A stretch of DNA of 64,000 nucleotides from Actinomycetota bacterium. Lineage in GTDB: Bacteria; Actinomycetota; Actinomycetes; Actinomycetales; Microbacteriaceae. Both the position numbers and the translations under genes were made by a program. Under the pieces are notes generated by a model. That model made no database searches. It had not been told where the DNA came from and saw only the letters and a list, made by a program, of their open reading frames with translations. Location: the NCBI GenBank assembly GCA_039804865.1, contig JBDLVH010000027.1, forward strand, positions 4,193-68,192, in the 5' to 3' direction. Shown here piece by piece: positions 1 through 8,076 of this stretch; the stretch's first letter is position 1, and the number at the start of each line of letters is the position of its first letter.

Positions 1-1
1 C

Positions 2-1435
2 ATCGAAAACCAGCTGGGCAGCGTTGGCAGCCTGGCATTCATCATGCTTCTGCTACGCGCCTTTGCCTCGGGCTGTTCGGCTCTAACCGGTATCGAGGCC
101 ATCGCCAACGGTGTGCCTGCGTTCCGCGTACCAAAGGTTAAGAACGCCCAGAAGACCATGATGCTGATGGGCTCGGCCGCTGTGGTCATGTTCATCGGTG
201 TTACTGCGCTGGCACTTATTTCCAAGGTTCACTACGCCGAAGACCCTGCGGCTCAGCTGGTTGGCTGGACCTCAGCCAATGGCCCCCAGCAGTCGGCTAT
301 CGCACAGATTGCGGTTGCAGTATTTGGCAATAACAGCTTCATGTTCTACCTGATTCAGGCCGGAACCGCTGCAGTTCTATTGCTTGCCGCCAACACCGCA
401 TTCAATGGCTTCCCGCTGCTTTCCAGCGTTCTTGCCAAGGATGGCTTTGCCCCTAAGGCACTGCTGACCCGAGGTGACCGATTGGTTTACTCCAACGGCA
501 TGTTCTCGCTGATGGCCGCCGCGCTGGTTCTCATCGTGGTCTATCAGGCATCCGTAACTGGCCTAATCCAGCTCTACATCCTCGGCGTATTTACCTCGTT
601 CACCGTTGGCCAGTGGGGCATGATCAAGCACTGGCGCCGCGGCAAAGCCGACGGCAGCATCAGCGTCTCAAATGCCAACAGCGGTTTGGCTATCAACGGC
701 CTTGGCGCATTCCTAACCGCCACCGTTTTGGTCATCGTTACCATCACCAAGTTCACCCACGGTGCCTGGCTGGTATTCATCATCATGCCGGTGCTCTACT
801 GGGTGATGTACAACACCAAGCGTTACTACAACGAGGTTGACAAGGAAATTGCCCTCGACGAGAAGACCGTCTTCGGCAGCAAGGGCGACTACGCCGTTGT
901 GATGATGGACAAGCTCAACAAGCCACAGCTCAAGGCCCTCGACTACGCACTCAGTAGCCGCCACACCGAAATGGAAGCCGTGCACATTGCGGTTGATCCA
1001 GAGCGCGCCATCGCCTTCGAGAAGGAGTGGAAGGCCTACGGCATCGAGGTTCCGCTTCGAATCATCGAGAGCCCATACCGCGAGTTTGCTGCACCGCTTA
1101 TTGAGTACCTCACCAAGCACCGCGAGCAGAATGGTTCTGAGCGCATCTCGGTTTACCTTCCAAAGTTTGTGGTTGGCCACTGGTGGGAGCACATCTTCCA
1201 CAACCACCGCGCCAACCGCATCCGCAAGCAGCTGATGTACGTTCGCGGCGTTATGGTGACCCTGGTTCCTTGGCGCCTCGAGAGCGCGGACAACGTAAAC
1301 CTGTTCGAGCGTCGTCCGCTTCCAGGTGACTCCCGTCGTGGAGACACCGTTCGCCCGGCTCGTCGTCGCAGCACCCGCGGTGGAAACCGCGTGGCACGCT
1401 TCTCGTCTACCAAGAACCCAGAAGAACACGAGTAG
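2..1435 (+). CDS. APC-family permease, KimA/YdaO-like K+ transporter (5' truncated by window edge)
   Basis: Frame open from base 2. Motifs GCSALTGIEAIANGV and AANTAFNGFP, many TM helices, cytoplasmic C-terminal domain with SPYRE and WWEHIFHNH typical of this family. Confidence 0.8.
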   Translation: MENQLGSVGSLAFIMLLLRAFASGCSALTGIEAIANGVPAFRVPKVKNAQKTMMLMGSAAVVMFIGVTALALISKVHYAEDPAAQLVGWTSANGPQQSAIAQIAVAVFGNNSFMFYLIQAGTAAVLLLAANTAFNGFPLLSSVLAKDGFAPKALLTRGDRLVYSNGMFSLMAAALVLIVVYQASVTGLIQLYILGVFTSFTVGQWGMIKHWRRGKADGSISVSNANSGLAINGLGAFLTATVLVIVTITKFTHGAWLVFIIMPVLYWVMYNTKRYYNEVDKEIALDEKTVFGSKGDYAVVMMDKLNKPQLKALDYALSSRHTEMEAVHIAVDPERAIAFEKEWKAYGIEVPLRIIESPYREFAAPLIEYLTKHREQNGSERISVYLPKFVVGHWWEHIFHNHRANRIRKQLMYVRGVMVTLVPWRLESADNVNLFERRPLPGDSRRGDTVRPARRRSTRGGNRVARFSSTKNPEEHE

Positions 1436-1822
1436 ATGAACCCACCGCTCAGATCGATCGGGATTGCCTTTGCCGGCGGAGCCCTGGGATCTGTGCTGCG
1501 TTTGCTGGTTGGCGAGACCTTTGACAACCTAACCACCCTCATCGTGGTCAACCTCTTGGGCACGGCGTTTTTGGGCTGGGTCAACGGCTCTGCCCTGGGC
1601 CCCAAGAAGCGCTTCGCCTCGGCTGGTTCCAAGGTGTTCTGGGGTGCTGGCTTTGCCGGTGGCTTCACTACGATGAGTGGCCTAGCCTTTGCCTTCGTGG
1701 TTCTAGCCGGATCTGCCACCGCAACCCTCGCCGCCGTGTATCTGGTTGCCCAACTATTCTTCGGAGTTGTGGTTTACGCCTCCGCCTTCCGCGCCGGAAG
1801 TGGAGCGTGGCCAAATGCCTAG
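1436..1822 (+). CDS. crcB: Fluoride channel Fluc/CrcB, copy 1
   Basis: 128 aa, 4 TM; GGALGSVLR, VNLLG, GFAGGFTTMS; ATG directly after the upstream TAG. Confidence 0.85.
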   Translation: MNPPLRSIGIAFAGGALGSVLRLLVGETFDNLTTLIVVNLLGTAFLGWVNGSALGPKKRFASAGSKVFWGAGFAGGFTTMSGLAFAFVVLAGSATATLAAVYLVAQLFFGVVVYASAFRAGSGAWPNA

Positions 1823-2216
1823 CGTTCTGATCACAATTCTCGGTGTGGCCGTGATGGGCGGCTTGGGCTCGGCCGTTCGCCTAATGCTCTCGCACTGGCA
1901 CGGTCGTCTTCCCTGGGGCATCCTCGCCGGCAACACCGCCGCTTCCTTCGTGGTGGGCTTCACCGCCTCTGCCGGATTCACCCAGACCCTGTTCGCCACC
2001 GCAAATGGCTTGGCCGGGTCGTACTTTTGGGGCACGGTTTTGGCAACTGGGTTTGCCGGCGGACTCAGCACCTTTAGCTCTTGGGCGGCGCAGACCATTC
2101 ACCTCATGGGTTCTGGTCAACAGCGTGCGGGCTTTTATAACTTCGCGCTCAACTTGGCTTTTCCAGTGCTGGCGGCCATCGCAGGTCTCATACTGGGTAG
2201 CACTCTGCTAAAATAG
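1815..2216 (+). CDS. crcB: Fluoride channel Fluc/CrcB, copy 2
   Basis: ATG at 1815 overlaps the end of copy 1; GGLGSAVR, PWGILAGN, GFAGGLSTFSSW. Confidence 0.85.
   Translation: MPSVLITILGVAVMGGLGSAVRLMLSHWHGRLPWGILAGNTAASFVVGFTASAGFTQTLFATANGLAGSYFWGTVLATGFAGGLSTFSSWAAQTIHLMGSGQQRAGFYNFALNLAFPVLAAIAGLILGSTLLK
2206..2214 (+). promoter_or_regulatory. Candidate extended -10 promoter for DUF3073 gene
   Basis: TGcTAAAAT overlapping the crcB end, followed by a small UTR hairpin TTTGCGC-N6-GCGCAAA (2242-2261) and a GAGGGGG RBS. Confidence 0.45.
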
Positions 2217-2285
2217 CCGCAGGTTTTATACACACTCACTTTTTGCGCCTGGCAGCGCAAACCAGATCACAGAGGGGGTCTCGAC

Positions 2286-2483
2286 ATGGGTCGTGGCCGT
2301 CAAAAAGCTAAGCACACCAAGGTGGCTCGCGAGCTAAAGTACTTTAGCCCGGACACCGATTTGACTGCGCTCGAAAAGGAACTTGGCCACGTTGAGCCAG
2401 GCGCCGAGCCGGACTACGAAGATAAGTGGGCAGACCTCTATGCCGAGGATGAAGACGAAGACGGCGAAGAGGACGAGAAGTAG
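2286..2483 (+). CDS. DUF3073 family small protein
   Basis: N-terminus MGRGRQKAKHTKVARELKY and acidic tail are the actinobacterial DUF3073 signature. Confidence 0.9.
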   Translation: MGRGRQKAKHTKVARELKYFSPDTDLTALEKELGHVEPGAEPDYEDKWADLYAEDEDEDGEEDEK

Positions 2484-2507
2484 TCAATCGCCACAGCCTT
2501 AAACGCT

Positions 2508-2537
2508 AAACGCTCCCCTGGGGAGCGTTTTTTGTTT
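2508..2537. terminator. Intrinsic terminator, probably bidirectional
   Basis: AAACGCTCCC-CTG-GGGAGCGTTT followed by TTTGTTT, between convergent genes. Confidence 0.8.
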
Positions 2538-2572
2538 GGGCAAGCCTCTTGGTAGCTGCAGCCGACTAGGAA

Positions 2573-3058
2573 CTATTCGGCGCTAAACATGGGGCGCGAG
2601 ACGTTAGCGTCTGGGCGCTTGAGAAGATCGATCACTTCGGCCGAGTAGGTGTGATCCAAGATGTCGGCCAGGGTTAGCGTTTCCAGAACCTGACGAAGAG
2701 CCACTCGAACAGCCAACCAAACATCGGTGAGGTTCTCGGCAGGGCCCTGATAGGAAACCACTTCTGGGCGAAGGCCGCGCACCGCTGCAAGCGGTCCATC
2801 AAGAACACGAATGACATCGGCCAGGGCGATGTTTTTAGGGCTGCGACTTAGGCGATATCCACCAACGGCACCACGCTGTGAAATCACAAAACCGGCGTGA
2901 CGCAATTCGGTGAGGATGGCCTCCAAGAACTTGAAGGGAATCTCTTGGCTGGTGGCAACCTCTTCGCTTTTCAGCAGCTTGGTCTCGCCCGCCTGGTATG
3001 CCTGAGCCAACACCAAGAGAGCACGAATGCCGTAATCGACCTTGGCTGAAACCTGCAT
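2573..3058 (-). CDS. Rrf2-family transcriptional regulator (CymR-like, no cysteines)
   Basis: MQVSAKVDYGIRAL start; IPFKFLEAIL and SQRGAVGGYRL wHTH motifs. Alternative start at 3070. Confidence 0.9.
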   Translation of the reverse strand: MQVSAKVDYGIRALLVLAQAYQAGETKLLKSEEVATSQEIPFKFLEAILTELRHAGFVISQRGAVGGYRLSRSPKNIALADVIRVLDGPLAAVRGLRPEVVSYQGPAENLTDVWLAVRVALRQVLETLTLADILDHTYSAEVIDLLKRPDANVSRPMFSAE

Positions 3059-3154
3059 GAATCCATTCAAGCAGCGGCGCTGGTTAGGGGCAAGTTGGCG
3101 ACGTTGGATTACGCCCGTTTGCGCAACAGTGCGTCACATTACTCTGGCAACAAT

Positions 3155-3183
3155 TTGCATCTGGATTGATTCTCGCCTATCGT
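3155..3183 (+). promoter_or_regulatory. Sigma70-type promoter of ABC importer operon
   Basis: TTGCAT-N17-TATCGT. Confidence 0.6.
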
Positions 3184-3190
3184 TGTAATC

Positions 3191-3219
3191 ACTATCCCTA
3201 GTAAACCGCTAGGAATAGT
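3191..3219. promoter_or_regulatory. Candidate Rrf2 operator
   Basis: ACTATCCCTAG-N7-CTAGGAATAGT: 11-bp arms with one mismatch, just downstream of the -10 box. Confidence 0.65.
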
Positions 3220-3242
3220 AGAAATGATCCAAAGGAGCAATC

Positions 3243-4298
3243 ATGAACATTCGCAAGCTAAGCGCAGGAGCAGGAATCGCCGCCCTCATCGCGGCTGCAT
3301 TCATGGCTCCTTCGGCGGCCTCGGCAGCATCCAATGGCGCCACCGCCACCACCATTCGTATCGGTTACTTCGCTAACCTAACTCACGCTCCGGCACTGGT
3401 TGCCAAGCAGCAGAAGTTGTTTGAGACCAACCTGCCAGGAGTCAAGATTGAGTACACCGTATTCAGTGTTGGCACCGCCGAGATCGAGGCCCTCAAGGGC
3501 GGCGCACTAGACGCAGCCTACGTTGGCCCAGGCCCGGCACTGAGTGGATATGTAACCACCCAGGGTCAGCTGCTCAACATTGTTTCGGGTGTCACCAACG
3601 GCGGCGCCAAGTTTGTGGTCAAGCCATCGCTGATTGCCACCGAAGGCAAGCCAACCAAGGCCGAGATTGCTGGCCTAGCCGGTAAGAACATTGCCGACCC
3701 AGGCCTTGGCGGCACCCAGGACATCGCACTGAAGACCTACCTGAAGAAGAATGCACTGTTTGTCAACGGTCAGTCGAAGGCAAACATCATTGGCCTGGCA
3801 AACGCCGACACCCTCACCGAGTTCCAGCAGGGACGAGTTGACGGTGCCTGGGTTCCTGAGCCTTGGGCCACTCGCCTGATCCAAGAGGGCAAGGCAAAGG
3901 TGTTTGTGGACGAAGCAAGCCTCTGGCCAAAGGGTAAGTTCAGCACCACCGTACTGGCCGTAAGCAAGACCTTCTCCAGCAAGTACCCTGCCTCGGTTGT
4001 TGGCCTGCTGAAGGCTAACCAATCTGCAATAAACTACCTAAACAACAAGGCAAACGTTGCCGACGCTCAAAACCAGGTGCAGGCAGAACTACTTGCCGCA
4101 ACCGGCAAGAAGCTAAGCGACTCGGTTATCGCCGAAGCCTGGAAGTCCTTGAACTTCGATTCGAACCCGCTAACCCTTTCGGTGAAGCAGAACTTCGTAA
4201 ACTCGGCAGCGCTTGGATTCCTTCCAACCAAGAGCACCAGCGCCTTCAAGGGCATCGTCAACCTAACCTGGCTCAACCAGGCTAAGTCCGGAAAGTAA
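3243..4298 (+). CDS. ssuA: SsuA/TauA-family ABC substrate-binding protein (sulfonate/sulfate)
   Basis: RIGYFANLTHAPA, AAYVGPGPA, GGTQDIAL, DGAWVPEPWATR; AAGGAG RBS; signal peptide. Confidence 0.85.
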   Translation: MNIRKLSAGAGIAALIAAAFMAPSAASAASNGATATTIRIGYFANLTHAPALVAKQQKLFETNLPGVKIEYTVFSVGTAEIEALKGGALDAAYVGPGPALSGYVTTQGQLLNIVSGVTNGGAKFVVKPSLIATEGKPTKAEIAGLAGKNIADPGLGGTQDIALKTYLKKNALFVNGQSKANIIGLANADTLTEFQQGRVDGAWVPEPWATRLIQEGKAKVFVDEASLWPKGKFSTTVLAVSKTFSSKYPASVVGLLKANQSAINYLNNKANVADAQNQVQAELLAATGKKLSDSVIAEAWKSLNFDSNPLTLSVKQNFVNSAALGFLPTKSTSAFKGIVNLTWLNQAKSGK

Positions 4299-4300
4299 CA

Positions 4301-5077
4301 ATGGCCACAACTACCGCACCCGCCAGCCCAGCGCAATCGCAGGCGCCGGTCCTTGAGATCAAGGGCCTCAGCAAGCGATTCAAGGCCGATGGCCCGCTGA
4401 TCATTGACAACCTAAACCTCACCATCAAACCGGGAGAGTTTGTGTCACTGGTGGGTGCGAGTGGTTGTGGCAAGAGCACCCTGCTCAACATCCTCAGCGG
4501 ACTAGACGTGCTCTCCAGCGGATCGGTAGAGCTAAACGCTCAGCCGTCACTGATGTTCCAGGAGCACGCACTGCTTCCTTGGCTCACCGCCGGTAAGAAT
4601 ATCGAACTGGCACTCAAGCTGGTGGACTATCCAAAGGCAGAGCGCAAGGCCCGCGCCCAGCAGTTGCTTGAGCTGGTTCACCTGCCTCACGCCTACAAGC
4701 TGCGCCCACATGAGCTCTCGGGCGGTATGCGCCAGCGCGTGGCTATCGCTCGTGCTCTGGCTCAGGGTCGCAAGTTCCTTCTGATGGACGAGCCATTTGC
4801 AGCTCTAGACGCCATCACCCGCGATCTGCTCCACGACGAGCTGATTAGCATCTGGGAAGAGACCGGCCTGACCGTTCTCTTTGTAACCCACAACGTGCGC
4901 GAGGCCGTTCGCCTTGGTCAGCGCGTAATCCTTATGTCATCGCGCCCTGGTCGCATCATCCACGAGTGGCAGGTTGCCTTCGAGGAGCCTAGACGAATCG
5001 AATCTCACGCGGTGGGCGAGCTTTCCACCATCATCACCGAGGAACTTCGTAAGGAGATCAAGCGTCATGGTCACTAA
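4301..5077 (+). CDS. ssuB: SsuB/TauB-family ABC ATPase
   Basis: Walker A GASGCGKST, LSGGMRQR, MDEPFAALD, VTH. Confidence 0.9.
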   Translation: MATTTAPASPAQSQAPVLEIKGLSKRFKADGPLIIDNLNLTIKPGEFVSLVGASGCGKSTLLNILSGLDVLSSGSVELNAQPSLMFQEHALLPWLTAGKNIELALKLVDYPKAERKARAQQLLELVHLPHAYKLRPHELSGGMRQRVAIARALAQGRKFLLMDEPFAALDAITRDLLHDELISIWEETGLTVLFVTHNVREAVRLGQRVILMSSRPGRIIHEWQVAFEEPRRIESHAVGELSTIITEELRKEIKRHGH

Positions 5078-5945
5078 CACCTCGAAGGAACAGGCATTTG
5101 CCGAGATTGGTGAACTGGCCGCCGGCCTAGACGCCCTCGAAGTTTCCACCAGCGAAAAGCCAAACTGGCTGCGTCGCATTAGCAAGGGCTTCGCTCCCCT
5201 GCTGGCCGCAGTTGCGGTTCTTGTCATTTGGCAGATTGTTGCCTGGCTAAAGCTGGCGCCAATTTGGATCATCCCGTCGCCCGCATCAGTGTTCCAGGCG
5301 CTGGCTGGTCAGGCTCAGTCTGGTTTGCTCTGGGCCTCGGCTGGCAACAGCTTGCGCAAGGGCATCGAGGGCTTCCTAATCGCTCTGGCCATCGGAACTC
5401 CGGTGGGCGTTGCCCTAGGTCTCAACAAGAACCTACGCCTCATCATTCGCCCACTGCTTACCGGTCTGCAGCAGCTGCCATCGGTGGCTTGGGTTCCTGC
5501 CGCCATCATCTGGTTTGGCCTCAGCGACACCACCATCTTTGCCGTGGTTTTGCTTGGCGCAACCCCATCGATTGCCAACGGGTTGATTTCCGGAATCGAC
5601 CAGATTCCAACCATCTATCTGCGTGCCGGCAAGGTGCTTGGTGCCAAGGGCTTTGCCTACATCAAGGACATCGTGATCCCTGCTAGCTGGCCTGGCTTCC
5701 TGGCCGGTCTAGAGCAAGGCTGGGCCTTCGCCTGGCGTTCACTGATGGCCGCCGAGCTCATCGCCATCAACCCCGCGCTTGGCCCGGGCCTTGGCCAGAT
5801 GCTAGACACCGGTCGCCAGCTTGGTGACATGTCTCTGGTTATCGGCAGCATCTTGGTGATCATGATCGTGGGTGTTCTAATCGAGCGCCTGGTGTTCAGC
5901 CCGCTGCGCAACTACACCCTGCGCAACCGCGGTCTGGTTCGCTAG
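5067..5945 (+). CDS. ssuC: SsuC/TauC-family ABC permease
   Basis: ATG at 5067 with AAGGAG RBS; LQQLPSVAWVP, WAFAWRSLMAAEL. Confidence 0.9.
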   Translation: MVTNTSKEQAFAEIGELAAGLDALEVSTSEKPNWLRRISKGFAPLLAAVAVLVIWQIVAWLKLAPIWIIPSPASVFQALAGQAQSGLLWASAGNSLRKGIEGFLIALAIGTPVGVALGLNKNLRLIIRPLLTGLQQLPSVAWVPAAIIWFGLSDTTIFAVVLLGATPSIANGLISGIDQIPTIYLRAGKVLGAKGFAYIKDIVIPASWPGFLAGLEQGWAFAWRSLMAAELIAINPALGPGLGQMLDTGRQLGDMSLVIGSILVIMIVGVLIERLVFSPLRNYTLRNRGLVR

Positions 5946-5960
5946 ACCTAAGCCTCAAAC

Positions 5961-5999
5961 AAAAGTGCCCGCAATCGCGATGATTGCGGGCACTTTTTT
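5961..5999. terminator. Bidirectional intrinsic terminator
   Basis: AAAAGTGCCCGCAATC-N5-GATTGCGGGCACTTTT, 16-bp inverted repeat with A/T tracts. Confidence 0.9.
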
Positions 6000-6007
6000 G
6001 TAGTTCG

Positions 6008-7009
6008 TTAGCTGGCCACTGCGGCAGCATTGATCTGGGCGCGAGCCTCGTCCAATACCTCCATGATTCGAATGGTGGCATCCATCGGGTGCACATCGGT
6101 GCCAAGCTTGCCGTCTAGAACGGCCTGGCTCACCGCAGTGATCATGTGGGTGTAACCGGTGCCCACCTTGGCGATGTGGATCTTCTCGCGGGTTGGTTCC
6201 ATCGGGTTCTCGTACTTGACCACGGTTGCGGTGTCTGGGTTGAAGATCGGATCTTCAATCTCGATGCGGCCTGCGGTGCCAACAACGCGGCCGCCCATTC
6301 CAAGCATCATGTTGAGGGTGGAGTATGCGTTGGCAATCACGCCGTTGGCATAGGTAAGGGTGATCAGGCAGCTGGCATCGGCGCCATCTGGGAATAGGTG
6401 GCCCTTGGCTTCAACCTTGGTGATTTCCGAGCCCGCAAACAGGGTTGCGATGGTGGTGGTGTAAACACCCTGATCAAGGGCAGAACCGCCACCCAACGCT
6501 GCCTTGAACAGGCGGTGCTCAGCGTTGTACGGGGCGTTGAAACCGAAGTCAGTTTCGATGAATCGCAGCTGGCCGATGTCTCCGGCATCCACGCGACGCT
6601 TCACCTCAAGTAGCAGTGGGTTGTACTTGGACCACATCTCCTCCATGAGGAAGACGCCGTGCTGTTCTGCCAGGCGCTTCAGCTCTCGCGCCTCGGCCGC
6701 ATCCATGGTCATAGCCTTCTCAACCAAGACGTGCTTGCCGCCCTCGATGGCCTGCTTGGCCTGACGGAAGTGCTCGGAGTGCGGGGACGCGATGTAGATA
6801 AGATCGATGTCTGGGTTGGCGATTGCCTCTTCCAGAGACTCGATCACGTCAACATTGACGCCCCACTTCTCCATCTTGGCTTCGATACCAACGGCACTGC
6901 GGGTGACCATCGCTACCAGCTGGGCGTTCTCAACAAACTTGAAGTCGGGAACAATCAGATCGGCCATGAAACCGGTGCCAACCATTGCCCAGCGCAGCTT
7001 TTGTGTCAT
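6008..7009 (-). CDS. Gfo/Idh/MocA-family NAD(P)-dependent oxidoreductase
   Basis: Start MTQKLRW at 7009; VGTGFMA Rossmann motif, IYIASPHSEH, HVLVEKA, GGGSALDQGVY. Confidence 0.9.
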   Translation of the reverse strand: MTQKLRWAMVGTGFMADLIVPDFKFVENAQLVAMVTRSAVGIEAKMEKWGVNVDVIESLEEAIANPDIDLIYIASPHSEHFRQAKQAIEGGKHVLVEKAMTMDAAEARELKRLAEQHGVFLMEEMWSKYNPLLLEVKRRVDAGDIGQLRFIETDFGFNAPYNAEHRLFKAALGGGSALDQGVYTTTIATLFAGSEITKVEAKGHLFPDGADASCLITLTYANGVIANAYSTLNMMLGMGGRVVGTAGRIEIEDPIFNPDTATVVKYENPMEPTREKIHIAKVGTGYTHMITAVSQAVLDGKLGTDVHPMDATIRIMEVLDEARAQINAAAVAS

Positions 7010-7106
7010 TAGTTTCCCTTGTCTAAATGTGGATTGTGCGAATGCAAATACCAACCGAGTGAACGGTAACATTATTCTCCACCACGCAAAATCAGATGAG
7101 GGCAAA

Positions 7107-8033
7107 ATGGCTGAAAAAGAAATCAAAATGGAACGCCAGCTCTTGCCCGGTCAGCGCTGCGTGGTGAACATTGGCTACACCGATGGCCGCCCCGCCGAGG
7201 AGATTTACACAACCACCGATATTCTGCTGGAGGCGCCGAACTGGCATCCGGTGACCGGAGACCTGCTGCTGAACGGCGACGGCCTCCTCTGGACCCTGCC
7301 GGCAACCGGCGGCCAGCTGACCAAACTGGAAATTGCAGGTCTGCCTCCGGTCAACAACGACCACGTGCTGTCGCCGGACCCAAACTACGTCTACGCCTCT
7401 GCCAACGACTTCCACATCTATGAGGCCAAGTTGGATGGTAGCCAGCCGGCGCGAAAGATCACCGAGGACGACACCGAGCACGCCAAGTACTTCATGCACT
7501 TTTTGCACGGCGTTAGCCCCGACAACCAGACCCTGGCGTTTGTGGCGCTGGGCTGGAATGAGCCGCCAAGTTTTACCACTCCCCTAGACATCAACGAGGT
7601 CTTCACGGTGCCAACCGCCGGTGGGCCAGCTGCTCAAATCACCGAAACCATCGGTGGTGTTGATGGCCCCGAATACACCCCCGATGGCGAGTGGATTTAC
7701 CTCAACTCCGAGCACTTCTCGGGCCAGCGCGGTAACGCCCAGATCTGCCGGATGCCGGCAGCGGGTGGGCCGCTAGAGCAGCTAACCTTCGATGCGAACG
7801 TTAACTGGTTCCCTCACTTTGCCGCCGATGGCAAGCACGCGGTCTACCTGGCATTTCCGCCGGGAACCAAGGGACACCCGGCCAATCTGCCGGTGGCAAT
7901 TAAGGTGGTAGCCGATGACTGGCAAAAGCCAATTGCGGAGTACAGCTTCTTTGGTGGTCAGGGCACCGTCAACGTCAACAGCTGGGCGCCAGACGGCACA
8001 CGCTTTGCGTTTGTTTCCTACCCAATTGAATAA
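7107..8033 (+). CDS. TolB-like (PD40/WD40-like) beta-propeller protein, no signal peptide
   Basis: Repeated blades EAPNWHP, LSPD, VSPD, GPEYTPDG, WFPHFAADG, NSWAPDG. Start at 7107 or 7128. Confidence 0.8.
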   Translation: MAEKEIKMERQLLPGQRCVVNIGYTDGRPAEEIYTTTDILLEAPNWHPVTGDLLLNGDGLLWTLPATGGQLTKLEIAGLPPVNNDHVLSPDPNYVYASANDFHIYEAKLDGSQPARKITEDDTEHAKYFMHFLHGVSPDNQTLAFVALGWNEPPSFTTPLDINEVFTVPTAGGPAAQITETIGGVDGPEYTPDGEWIYLNSEHFSGQRGNAQICRMPAAGGPLEQLTFDANVNWFPHFAADGKHAVYLAFPPGTKGHPANLPVAIKVVADDWQKPIAEYSFFGGQGTVNVNSWAPDGTRFAFVSYPIE

Positions 8034-8068
8034 TCGGGCAGCCAGGTAAACCCGACCGCCCGATTATT
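8029..8068. terminator. Hairpin between convergent genes
   Basis: AATAATCGGGC ... GCCCGATTATT inverted repeat. Confidence 0.5.
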
Positions 8069-8076
8069 AAGACTGA

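Noticed and set aside
713-1429. Long antisense ORF of 238 aa, and similar ones at 18016-18783, 36723-37298 and 62982-63671
   Set aside because: Shadow frames of well-supported genes, expected in high-GC DNA; no motifs or RBS.
6807-7126. Apparent head-to-head overlap of the Gfo/Idh/MocA and propeller ORFs
   Set aside because: Artefact of longest-ORF starts; plausible starts are 7009 (-) and 7107 or 7128 (+).
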